DNA of 64,000 nucleotides. Origin: Gekko japonicus (Eukaryota). Every line of letters begins with the position of its first letter. Within the stretch, counting starts at the first letter, position 1. A program made the translations under genes and the position numbers. The notes under the pieces were generated by a model. It did not search any database and was not told the DNA's origin. It worked only from the letters and a program-made list of their open reading frames with translations. Where the stretch lies: NCBI RefSeq assembly GCF_001447785.1, contig NW_015173675.1, forward strand, positions 890,643 to 954,642, written 5' to 3'. This document shows, in pieces, positions 12,201 through 24,200 of the stretch.

Positions 12201-15200
12201 AGATTAAGTATAAAATGATTATAGGATAAGTACAGAAGGATTGATAGGGATGTAGTAGATATATATGAAAGAATATAAACTTGTGGGAAGGAGGGGGGGC
12301 TGAAGGAGTGGTGTTCCAGTTAGTAGCAGTTGCTAAGTTGTACTTCTTGGCATGAGCTGGTGGCAAAATTGTGCAAGACTTTGGTAGATATTTTTGTATT
12401 ATATTCACACAGCTCTGTCTAAACGGTTTTCAAAGGATGGTCATAAATGCTTGCATCCAGGTTCCTTTACCTTAGTGCTACTAATGAGTTATTTAAAGCC
12501 AGGATTTTAAATAGTTTTTTTCTTTGTGTGTTCTGCCAGGAAAGATTTTATAATATATCAAGAACCAGATTCTGTTCCTTCACACGTAACTGAAAATGGC
12601 TTTCCAGATAAGGTATGGTTGATTCTAAGCAAACCAATCCTGCAACTGATATTAAATAGTGTCAACACTTTGGTAGGCCTGGCCCAGGACATTTTTTCCT
12701 ACCTAGAGTGGATGCTCCATACTTCTCAATAGACGCACCTCGCCCATTGCCAAGGTACAACTCTGGGATTGTGCACAGCTGCACATTTCCTGAGCACTGA
12801 GGTCCAACAACTAATGGTATATTGCAAAAAAACCTAGAGTGTGTTTCTCACATTGTGCCATGTTTTATTGGTGCTGTAGAAAATATTACATCTCCAGATA
12901 ATTGTGTAGGATGCTTGTACAGTTAGTCCAGGCTTAGATTTGCAAGGTGTGGAATTTCATACAGTTTAGGTAGGATGTATTGGAATGTCAAAGTAATATG
13001 TTATAATGCCAGTTTTTTAAAAGCTGTTTTAAAGTAAATATTTTAGATGTGGATAATGATACACTAGTTCTGAATTTAAAAGAAGAGTGAGGCAATATAA
13101 TATGTATACATTTTGAAGTGGCAAAATTGCTTATACAATCTAATGAGGTAATTAAAATGGACTACCACTTTGGGGGGAAGATACCACCTTTGAATGCTTC
13201 CCCCTTTTTGCAGTCAAGTTGCTGCCGACTCATAGCAAGGCAAGAGGCATTTAGAGGTGGTTACCATTACCTGGCTCTGAAAGCAACCCTGGAATTCCTT
13301 GGCGGCCACCCTTCCAAATACTGACCAGGGTTGATCCTACTTAGTTTCCAAGATCTGGTGAGATCAGACTAACCTGGGCTATCAGGTCAGGTTGAATGCT
13401 CCCTTAGTGAGAGAGAATTTCTAACCCACTCTGTGGTTTCTGCGTTTGCTTGAAGTCTTTAATGTAGGAGAGCACTTTTTTTTTTAAGTGATCCTTCACC
13501 TTCATTCTGAAGTGGTTCATTCTGTTAACTCACTCTTCCTCATGTGTAGGGCCAGCCTCAATATCCAGTTAAGTATTCTTAAAATAGGAGCTGGAAATAA
13601 TTCCATGTGCCAAAGTAGTGTGTTGCTTTGGAGGTGATACTCATTTTTTTGTCACTTTTTACAGCTGAATTTTTTCTTTTTAACTTTTCTAGGTTTTGCT
13701 GTGCTTTTCACATGGAAGCCACTATGATATTGTCTATCCTATAGAATATACTGTCAATGCTGCATTTTGCCAGTGTAAGTACAGCTTGCTTTGAAATGTC
13801 GTTGTGATATTCTGGGGCAGAACTGTTCACCCAGCTGAAGCATCTTTTTTTGCATTTGATGTGGCTGTTCCCACTGCTAGAAAGATAAACTTGCACTTAA
13901 TCTAAGGTTTCAACTTTTGGTTCTGAAACAGTTGAGCCTACTGCAGTGCAGAGGTGCAAAAACAGTAAAAAGTTTGGAAAACTGGCAAAGGGTTACTTGT
14001 GCGTTCCAGGACTGCTTGTGCTTATGGAATGTGTGTTTTCCAAGGCTGGCCTCACTGTTAATCTTCTGCTAACACGACTGAACACTGGAGTAAGCTAATC
14101 TCCTGGAGTATGTTAGGAGAGCCAGCATGGTGTTTAGTGGTTAAAGTGTCGGACTAGAATCTGGGAGACCTGGGTTCGAATCCCCAGTCTGTCATGGAGG
14201 CTTCCTGGGTGACCTTGGCCCAGCCACACACTCTCAGCTGAACCTACCTCACAGGGTTGTTGTGAAGATAAAATGGAGGACAGGAAAATGCTGTAAGTTG
14301 CTTTGGGTCTCCATGGGAGAGAAAGGCAGGTTATAAATGAAGTAAATATACAAACATGTTAATTCTTTACAAAAATTGGTAGTGGACATAATAAATGTTA
14401 TTATTGTCATCATTTAAGGTCTCCTTTTCTCATTGAAACTCGGAAGATCACAAGTATGATAACTTTTTAGTCAGTAAGCAGAACATTTAACATTTGAATC
14501 ACAGCAAAGATTTCTAGTAAAAATAATGCTTTGTGCTAGAATTGTACAGTATGTTTGAAAGCATGAGAGCACCATGACCAAACATATCTGCTTAAGGAAG
14601 AAGACCATTAGTATGGAGAAAACTGTTACCCTAATAAACGCCACCTCCTGAGCCGAACCAATAGAATGTGGCTCCTTTGACGAATGCTCTCCTGTACAAT
14701 TCTGTTCTGCACATATTGCAAAACAATATAAGTGCACGTGTGGGTCAGCTAGATTGGGAGCTTGTTTAAACAATAGCATTTTGGTAGATTAAATAGCTGC
14801 TTGATTCATAAAGTTCTTACCTCTACTGCAGTGCTATCAGTAGTCCCTGTCAATGTGTATTATGCATGCTGGAAGCTTGTTTTGAACTTTCTGTCCTAAA
14901 TTTTAGGATTTAGGAAGTTAATTTTATACTAACCCTAAAGACTTTTTATACTAACCCTGAGTAGAGTTGCAAGGATGCAGTCTGGCAATTAGCCTTAAGA
15001 GTCATAGAATCAGAGAGTTGGAGGGGGCCATACAGGCCATCTAGTCCAGCCCCCTGCTCAATGCAGGATCAGCCTAGAGCATCTCTGACAAGTGTTTGTC
15101 CAGCTGCTGCTTTAAAGACTGCCAGTGTGAAGTGGCTATTGAGCAGCTGTGGCTTCTCCCGGTTATTCCTTTTTTGTTCCCTTACACTGACCCACTTTAA

Positions 15201-18200
15201 AAAGTAAGGTTGTAGATGAGTTTAACAAGGGTACAGGGGATAGGATGGTCAAAAGTACCCAGGACGAAACTCTGGAAGCTATGGCTGTTTTCGTCTCCTG
15301 TTTCACTGAAGATTTTGAAGGAGTAAACCTGTAGGTCTACAGAGGGGTAGCTTATCAGTCCTCTAAATACGTAAATCATATGATTATATGGGCTATTATT
15401 TGATAAACCTATGTCTGAAAGTATTGTGAAAAATACCAGATTACTTGTGTCTGCCTGACAATAAAAAATCTTGAAGACACAGCTGAAGTTTGCCAAGAAG
15501 GTGGATCATCAGTGTTTGCTTTACAATATTTATTTATTAAATTGGATTTACTCGGCCATTCTTCCCTACAAGTAGGGCTCAGGGCGGCTTACAACAATAT
15601 AATACACAAATCACAGTTTAAAACTAAATTAAAACAGCCCAATAAATACCAGTAGATAAAAACAACATACAGACAATATATAAGATGGCAGTCAGAATTC
15701 TAGCTCCCCAGCCCCTCTGGTGGGAGGAGTTACATGAGTTGGGGAATTATATGAGAGTGCCAAAGGACGCATCATCGCTGTCCTTAACCAAAGGCCCGGC
15801 GGAACATTTCTGCCTTGCATGCCCTGTGGAAAGGTAACAACTCCCACAGGGCATGGATGTCTTCTGGCAGAGCATTCCACCAGGTGGGGGCCAGGGCTGA
15901 GAAAGCCCTGGCCCTGGTTGAGGACAGCTGGACTTCTCTTGGGTCAGGGACCACCAGGAAGCTCTTATTTCCTGAGTGTAATGCTCTTCCNNNNNNNNNN
16001 NNNNNNNNNNNNNNNNNNNNGCTTATGCCAAATGCCGTACAAATGTTGGTTGTGTTTCTTTATTTGTTGTACCTGGAGTAGAACTCTCGTTTCTTTTGCT
16101 GATAATTTAACACCCACTGCAAAGGTGCATGAAGCACCTCAGGTGTTTAGTACTTTTGAAAAGCAATCTTTGCTGTCTAGATTTATCTTCTCTAGTTTCT
16201 CACTGAATTACAAATCTTAGGCTTTTTTTTAAAAAAAATAAGACTACGTAGCGCTGCACCCCATGGGTCAGGACCCTAAGGTGGGTGGAAGAATCTCACC
16301 TGCTGATTTGTGATTCCCTATAAAGGTGCCCTATTTCTTTTGCTGCTGGAGTGCATGCATAGGGGGAGAGAGGCTGCCATGCCTCCTCTTACTCTTTGCA
16401 TGTTTGCTGAAAGGAGCAACAGGTGAGTTAACGATGAAGAAGATTCCTCCTTGCCTTGTACCTCACTATGGTTTTGGTTGAGGACAGCAATGGTTTTCAT
16501 CATAGCTGGCACCCTTTCTGCCTCAGCTGCTTTCCATATCTGTTTTACCCTCTTCCCCCCCTGCCCACGAAGCAGTCAGCACTGTGATGGGATAAGTTAA
16601 TATATACCATATCTTATTAATGTTTCATTGTTTTATCTTGATGTTTTTATGAATGATGTACATTGCCCATGGATTGGGCGATTAACAAATTTAATATATA
16701 AATAAATAGGTTATATCTTGTGGTGCTCTTCTCAGCTGATATTTCTCGTCTCCGACACACAGTCTGCTGCCCATGGTCCTATCTGTGACACTGTTGAGAT
16801 CATTCCTGTGCCTCCTGTCTTCCTGTCACATGACCTGCTATTTCACATGTTCAGCTTATAGAGTCTGGATAGGTCACTCGAATATAGGTAATGAATAGAT
16901 CTTCTTTGTTTTTATCCCCACTAGCTATGCTGTATGAATTGCTGTATGAGAAAGTGTTTGGTATTGATGTGGGTAAAACATTAGAAGAGCTCATCCCTCC
17001 TGCTGTGACCAAGGATGGCAGTGGGAGCTGTGAAGAGTCTGATTCAGAGGATGAAAACATAGAGTAAGTCTGCAAATTTAAACTGCAAAAGGGACTTGTC
17101 AGGGATTTGTGGTTATTAACCCAGAATGAGAATGGAAGCTTTTTAATGTGAGGAAATTATATGTTTTGCTTTTTTGAAATTACTGTACATCCGTATTTTA
17201 CAACATTAAAGACTTTCCCCTGTAGAGCAGGAATATATCAATTGCTACCAAAAGCAGTTCTGGGTAGAGAAAAGTTTGAGTCCAGTGGCACCTTTAAGAC
17301 CAACTAAATTTTATTCAAGGTATGAGGATTTGTGTGCATGCACACTTCCTCTGATACATCCTCTCCTGTAAGTCTTCATTTGGAAAAGAATGTCTTGCTA
17401 AGGAGTTGAAGGATTTCCTGTAACTTTTCCATCCTTGTTTTTAGTTAAGGTAGATAGGTGCAAAAGGACAGTAGCCTAGCTTTGTTTATATACTGTCATT
17501 GCCCTCCTTTTGTGAAGAAAGAAGTTGGCTGAAAGACATCTTCATAGTTCATTGGACAACTAATATTGGTCACTGGGCTTCACAGTTGGGGAGGACTGGG
17601 GAAGTCCTGTTCAGTGCTTGATGTGTGGAATGTTTTTGTTATTTTTTGTTTTAAAACTTTTTTACTTTTAAATTGACTTATAATGATGCCTCTAAACTTC
17701 TCAGTTTCTTGGGATCTTATGTATAATTTCAGATATTAACAGAATGGGTAAACTAGCGCAGCTGGAAATCAGACAAATGAATTTGGGTATTGGTGGTGGT
17801 TGATAGGTTTTAACAACCTGACCTCGATCTCCAGCTCAGTCAAACCATCTTGATTGGGATGGTAGATACCTGAGTTCTGTTGAAGTTGGCATGTCTGTTT
17901 GTCTTAAATGCAAGAACTTCCATTGGATTGTTTCTTTTTAAATCAATTTAATGACTCCCCTTGATTTTTGAGTTTCAAGGGGAGTCAATAAGTCAGTTTA
18001 AAAGGAAACAATCCAATGGGAAGACTTGCATTTATTGATCATTGTATGGTTAGAATGGAGAGCGATAACTTGAGAGTGCCAGAACAGTGACCCTGTTTGT
18101 CTCAAAAATTTCTTCTGTACTGTACAGAAGTGAAATGGCAGCAATCCCTGATGTGAATGGATTGAAGTCTCTGGTGAGTAAGAAGGTATTTGGCTTTAAT

Positions 18201-21200
18201 AGTGCTACATTCTCTATATCTGTCTCTTGCCTGGAAGGCTGTTAGCATAGTTATCAAGAAGCGCTTAAAGCTTCAGGTGTGAACCAGAAGTTACTTGCAT
18301 CCTACTGAATGTAAGATTTTTGATGGGATGTAAGTTTTGCCTGATTTTCTCTCACTGTTTTATATACCTTTTGAGAAGAAAATGGTTTGCTTGCTCCATT
18401 AGTCAAGCCATTAAACGTAGTCAGAAAAGGCAAATAAATAATTTTGGTTGCTAAGCAGTGATTCATTGTGTTCTGTTTAGTTGGCATGCTTGCTGTGCAC
18501 ACCAGAGATGGAACAAAATAAGTACATGAGGCTGTTGCTTTGGACTGTCATAAGAGTTATATGCAGATACTTTCATTGTGCAGTGTTAATTTAAAAACTG
18601 ATAAAGCAGGCAATGCGTCCACATCTTCACAATCCTGTTTAATTTGTTCATGCAGTATTGTTGGTAACCTATTGCTCTGGTTATTCTTCTTCCTGCACAA
18701 CAGGGTCCCAAAAATGAAAGATGCGCTTCCATCACCTTGTCTGCAAAAGTTCTTCAGTTGCTCAATCCAGCAGTTTACCACAACATTGAATATGCCAACT
18801 GGCAACGATCAAAACGAGGTAAAGTCTAGCATTTGAGCGTAGAACCCTGGTGGAGGGTGGGGGGTGGGAATGAAGCATTTTTCTTGCATCTGCCAAATAG
18901 TATATCACACATTTTATTTGTGCTTGCAGATCAGCAAAAGCGAGATTTTTCTATTGCTGCTGGCATGCAGTATTCAGTTGGAGATAAATGTAAAGTAGGT
19001 GCTATTGAGCAAGTTGTCATTCCACTTCCTACTTTGCCTCTCTTCTCTCACCCACGCTGCCACACTCTTTAACTTAGGGTTGCCACCTTTTTCTGGATAC
19101 CAAGCTTTGTGCCTTTAACAGTAGACACAAACAGGCAGAAGATCGGTAGGGGCATGAAGATGTGGTGGTGGTTGGAGAACATGCTCAAATCGAAGAGTCT
19201 TTCCAGAAAGAAAAGGTGGCAGTCCTATTCCTACTTCATCTTTCCTCTCTTCTTACTGCTCCTGGCTCTCTGATTCTGCCTCACTCTTTCTCTCCAGCTT
19301 TCTGGAGCAGGGTGTAGGTGAGCATCCCTGAATGCTTTACCCGCAAGGTTTGTTCACAGAAACTTAGATGCTGGAATTCACTCGTAGCTTTTGGGAATAG
19401 CTAGAATAATTTGTTAAAAGCAGGGTGGTGGTTCAACTGAAATTATGCATGTGGTCCTCCATCCCGCAGCAAACGTTGGTGTACAAAATACAGCTTGACA
19501 TAGTTGGGAGTGGACCTTACCCACTCTGAATGGTGCAAATTCTCTTTGATCAGTGGTTCTGGCCTCTTTTTTGTAACATTGTCCACTTCCATCGTTTTGT
19601 TGCTTGTAACATTAAGTAGGGATTTATCTCCTACGCATGTGTCTGATGAAGTGAGCTCTGACTTGCTGCAATTTATGCCACAATAAATTTTGTTGGTCTT
19701 TCAGGTGCCACTGGTCTTCTGTTGGATTGTCTTGCAACAGACTGAACATGGCTACCCCTCTGGAATTTATTTCCATAGAAATTAGAAGTTTGAGTCACAT
19801 AAGAAATGCTGTTTGGGGAGGGTTATGCTTCGCCACACTTGATAAACATGAGCTACAATAAAAGCTTAATTATTTTAAATATTGCTGTTCCACTGTATTT
19901 TTCCCCCTGTTAGCATTTCTGAACATTGGTAGGAGGAAAGGGATGGCCCTTGATGTGGCTGGTGGGATTGGATTTGGAGGTCCTAGTTGTTCTGCAACAC
20001 TGCCTGTCCTTTGCATCTGGATTAACTGAACTGGCAGTATTTACCCTTTTCCATCATACGTGTGATGTGTTGGGCACTAAGCACGCAGATAGACCTGAGA
20101 GGGAAGTTGGGAATTAATGTAAAGCTGGTTTTGGCTTCTTGATAGATGGGAATATATTCCCCCATGGTTCCCAGGGAGCAACATGAGGACGGGAGGTCAT
20201 ATAGGGATATCACAGAGCCAGTTTGGTGTAGTGGTTAAATGTGTGGACTCTATTCTGGGAGAACTGGGTTTGATTCCCGACTCCTCCAGTTGCACCTGCT
20301 GGATGACCTTGGGCAAGCCATAGTTCTGGCACAGCTGTTCTCGAAAAAAGAGCACTTTCTGTCAGAGCTCTCTCAGCCCCACCTACCTCACAGGGTGTCT
20401 GTTGCAGGGAGGGGAAGGGAAAGGAGTTTGTAAACCGCTCTGAGACTCCTTTAGGTAGTGAAGGGCGGGATATAAATCCAATTTCTTCTCTTCTTCTTCA
20501 CTGTAGAGGACTCCCATTTAAATGTGTACTTGCTCTTTCTTTCTCCACAGGTGCGTTTAGACCACAGTGGAAAGTTCTATAATGCTCATATTCAAGAAGT
20601 CCAGTCTGCAAACGGACCAGTGGTTGTCTTTGTGGAAGAGCTTGGTGCCAAGTATGTGAATGTTCAGAGTTAGCTATAGAAATATTTTCATGCAGTCAAA
20701 GTTGCATATATGCTGACATAGTGTTGTTGTTTTTTAAAAACTAATTTGTGGCTCACATCTTAGCCAGTGCTAATCTTCTTGCACAGAATGCTGTGAAAGG
20801 TACGGGTGTTTGGCAGGCTTTGTGTTTTGCTAGGGTTCCATCAAGAGGAGCTAAGGAATACTCCAGGCTAGCTTTAGATAGTATTTACCTTTCATTCTTT
20901 GTGAAACTCTTGGAAGCAAGCCACCAACTGCTGCTATGTTACTATGACAATCAAGTGTGTTTATATGTGTGTGGTTTTTAACTGAAAGTATGAAAATGTA
21001 CTGGGGGAGAAACATTGGTGCAGTTACATCAGTGCTCAGGGAATCTGCTGCAGAGACATCATTTATATGCAAACCAGCAGTTGCTGAGAAATTGTAATAC
21101 ACTATGGGTTGTGTGCAGTTAATACTAGAAACTCTTCATTATTGTTGAAAGGAACGATGTTCTGTCTTGGCAGCCATAGGGCCGGAGGAGGATGAACTGT

Positions 21201-24200
21201 TGTCTTGTGTGGGGGGAGTTAAACTTTATTGCCTACTTCAAAGAAATATGACTGCTTGAAATGGCCCAGAGCTGAGTTTGAGGGTAAAGCTGGTAAATGG
21301 TGATGCTAGAAAGGCAGGTACTTGCAAAGGAGCCAGGCATTGTATTTGAAATAACCTTAGACTTTTTGGCTCCTAATTTTTTATTCTGAGAAAAAGTGTA
21401 CGTGACGATATTAGGACTCTCTGTCTGCTAGGATGGTATGCCTCTAATTTGTGTGTTTGTGTGTGTTTACATTTCTTGTTCAAGGTATTGGAGTTGTTAT
21501 ACTTGCAGTGATTTTGTAATAGCTCTGCTAAAATGCAGCTTAGCTGTCTCTGTCATCTTATGGCTGGCTAGCTGGAACTGGTCTTTGAAAGGAAAGAGAG
21601 GAACTAATAGATCTCTGAAGTGCTCCAAGGTTTTGCAGCACTTAGCTAGAATTTTAAAGGTGCTTTAACATTATAAGCTGGAGAACTGTTGATTTTAAAA
21701 TTCATGGCTGCTGGTATTTTTGTATGCAATGAGGAGAGGATTTGTTTGATGTGTGAGCTCACAGATTTACATTACTGAATGCTATAAAAACATAATTGCT
21801 ATTATGGTGGTAGATATCCACTGGACCAAGACTGGTAACTTATGCAGTTCTTATGACATGCTAATTGTGACTTGGAGCTTTGGTGGATTTTTTGATGCTG
21901 TCTTCATTACAGGCATTCTGTTCTGCTAAAGAACCTTAAGCCACTCCCACAACCTTCTCCTGTGGAAACCTGGAGCACTGTGTCAGGGAAGAAGATGAAA
22001 AGGCCCACTTCAGTGCATGGGCAAATCGTTCAGACGGGTAGGATTTCTTCTCCTTTTTAAAATTGTGTCTACTTAATGCCAAGCAGAACAACATAAGAAG
22101 AGCCCTGCTGGATCAGTTCAGTAGTCCACCTAGTCAAGCATCATGTTTCACCCAGTAGCCCACCAGTTCCCTTGGAGGGCCAACAAACAGGCATAGAGGC
22201 CAAGGCTTTCCCCTGATGATGCCTCCTAGCACTGGTATTCAGAGGTTTGCTGCCTTTGTATGTGGAGGTTCCTCTTATCCTCTCTAACCCTCTTTAAAGG
22301 CCGCTATGCTTGTGGCCGTTGCTATACCGCTGGGATTGAATTCCACCGTGTCACCATTTGTTGAGTAAAATATTTCCTTTTGTTTGTTTTGAATCTGATG
22401 CCTGTCAACTTCACTGGATGTCCACGAGGTTCTAGCATTATGGGGAGTGGGAGAAAAATTATCTCTTGCTGTTTTCACCATTCCATGCACAGTTTTATAA
22501 GCCTTTGGCATGTCCCCTTTAGTTGTTAACCCCCTCAGTCCTAAACCTGCCTGTGCTGAATTGAGAGAAATGCGTGTTACAGATTCAGATCACCGAGGGT
22601 CAAAGAATCCAAGCAAGCCGATAAAAGCTCCCTCGGCACGGCCTCCTCGACTGCAAGGAGTCAGGGAGCATCACACATCTTGCCCTGGGCTGTATTCTCA
22701 GAAAACCTCTCCTGAGCATAAATCTCTAAGCAGAAATCCATCACAGGTTGCAAGGTGAATCCAGAGTGTCGCTTCAGGGACAGCTCTTCACAGGTTGTGG
22801 GTTGTGCCTTTTAAATTATCATTAGTATTTTAAATATCGGAGGTGTGTACTAGAAAGCTTTCTTTATTTGGATTAAATGTTAGGAATTTATTAATTGTAG
22901 AGGTAGCTTGTGGGCTACCCTTTAGTACTGGGTAATACCCCTTAGTTTTAGCGAAAGTCTGAACATAGCTGGTCAAGGGGTCAAAGTGTTAAATCTATGA
23001 AAAACTTAAATTACAGGGGGTTTTGTGGGGGGAAATTATAACTCAAGTTAGTTAAAAGTGATTTTCAGTTTCAGTAGCTAAAAACTGTTTTTCTTTATAG
23101 AAAGGTGGACCATGAAAGAATGAATGATTTTGACTACGCCAATTTTGGCCTTTCTCCAGAGGAATGCAAAGACAAGCAGTCTGTAGAAGAAATGTGTTCC
23201 CCTTATGAGCTTCAGCTGCAGGATGAAGAAGCCTTTCCTGCTCTTTCTGTACGTCTGTTTAACAGAGAACGCTTTTTGGAACACATCATTTTTTCCCCCT
23301 GCCAATAAAGTCAACACCCACTTCACTGCAGCCTATCTGTATAATTAAAGGACAGTTTTGTACAGTGTAAACAATGTTAATGGTGTAGAATTCTGTGCTA
23401 AACTTATAAATTATACATCAAGAAAAAAAGTTGTAATTTTGTGTTTTTGAGAGTATCCGGTGTATAGAAACGTGACATATTTTGGCTTTGTTTCTGAAAC
23501 AAAGCTTGGCTGGGAGATGCTGCTTGGGGGTGAGGTGGCTTTTTCTTTTGTTTTGGAAACTGTGTGACTGATGTTGTATATTTATTCTTAGTAATAAAAG
23601 ATCTGTTAAGGCCTTACAGCAGGAAATCACACTGCACATGGGTCAGAAACCAAAGCTTGGTTTGGATATTAATCTGTGCTCTAAGTGGAAATAGAATTGG
23701 TACTTAAGGCTACTAGGAAGCCCATAGGATTCAGTGGGATGAATCCTGAACAAGCATAAAAGAGAGCTCTTTCTCTTTCTTTAAAATTTCTCTGGAGGAT
23801 TGGCATGTGTTCAAGCCATGACAACTGATAGCAGCAGCAGCCTGATCCGAAAAGGGCTCCCGTGCTGGATCCTAAACCATTTCAGGTGGTGGTACTTTAA
23901 TGACTGCGGTTTCATGTAAAATGCTGGCCACGTCAATTTTCAATTTAACAAAAATCCTCAATTCTTTCAGAATTCATCAGTGTCTCAGGTATCCACTCAG
24001 ACCACTGGTAACTGTGGACGGAGGAAACCTTTGGTTCCTAAGGCGAGAACAGCCAACCATCTGAAAGAAGAAGAGGAGAGAAGAGACGAAGTGGGAGCAA
24101 AAGAAGAAAAAGGTATCAGACCTGGCCTTTCTCACCTCCTCCCTTTGGTATATAAAAAGTAATGTTCTAAGTTTGCGGCCTTCTGTACTTCGCAAAACAG

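Noticed and set aside
14117-14190. tRNA gene (also at 20214 and 24301)
   Set aside because: A/B boxes are SINE heads followed by a shared SINE core; no clean cloverleaf.
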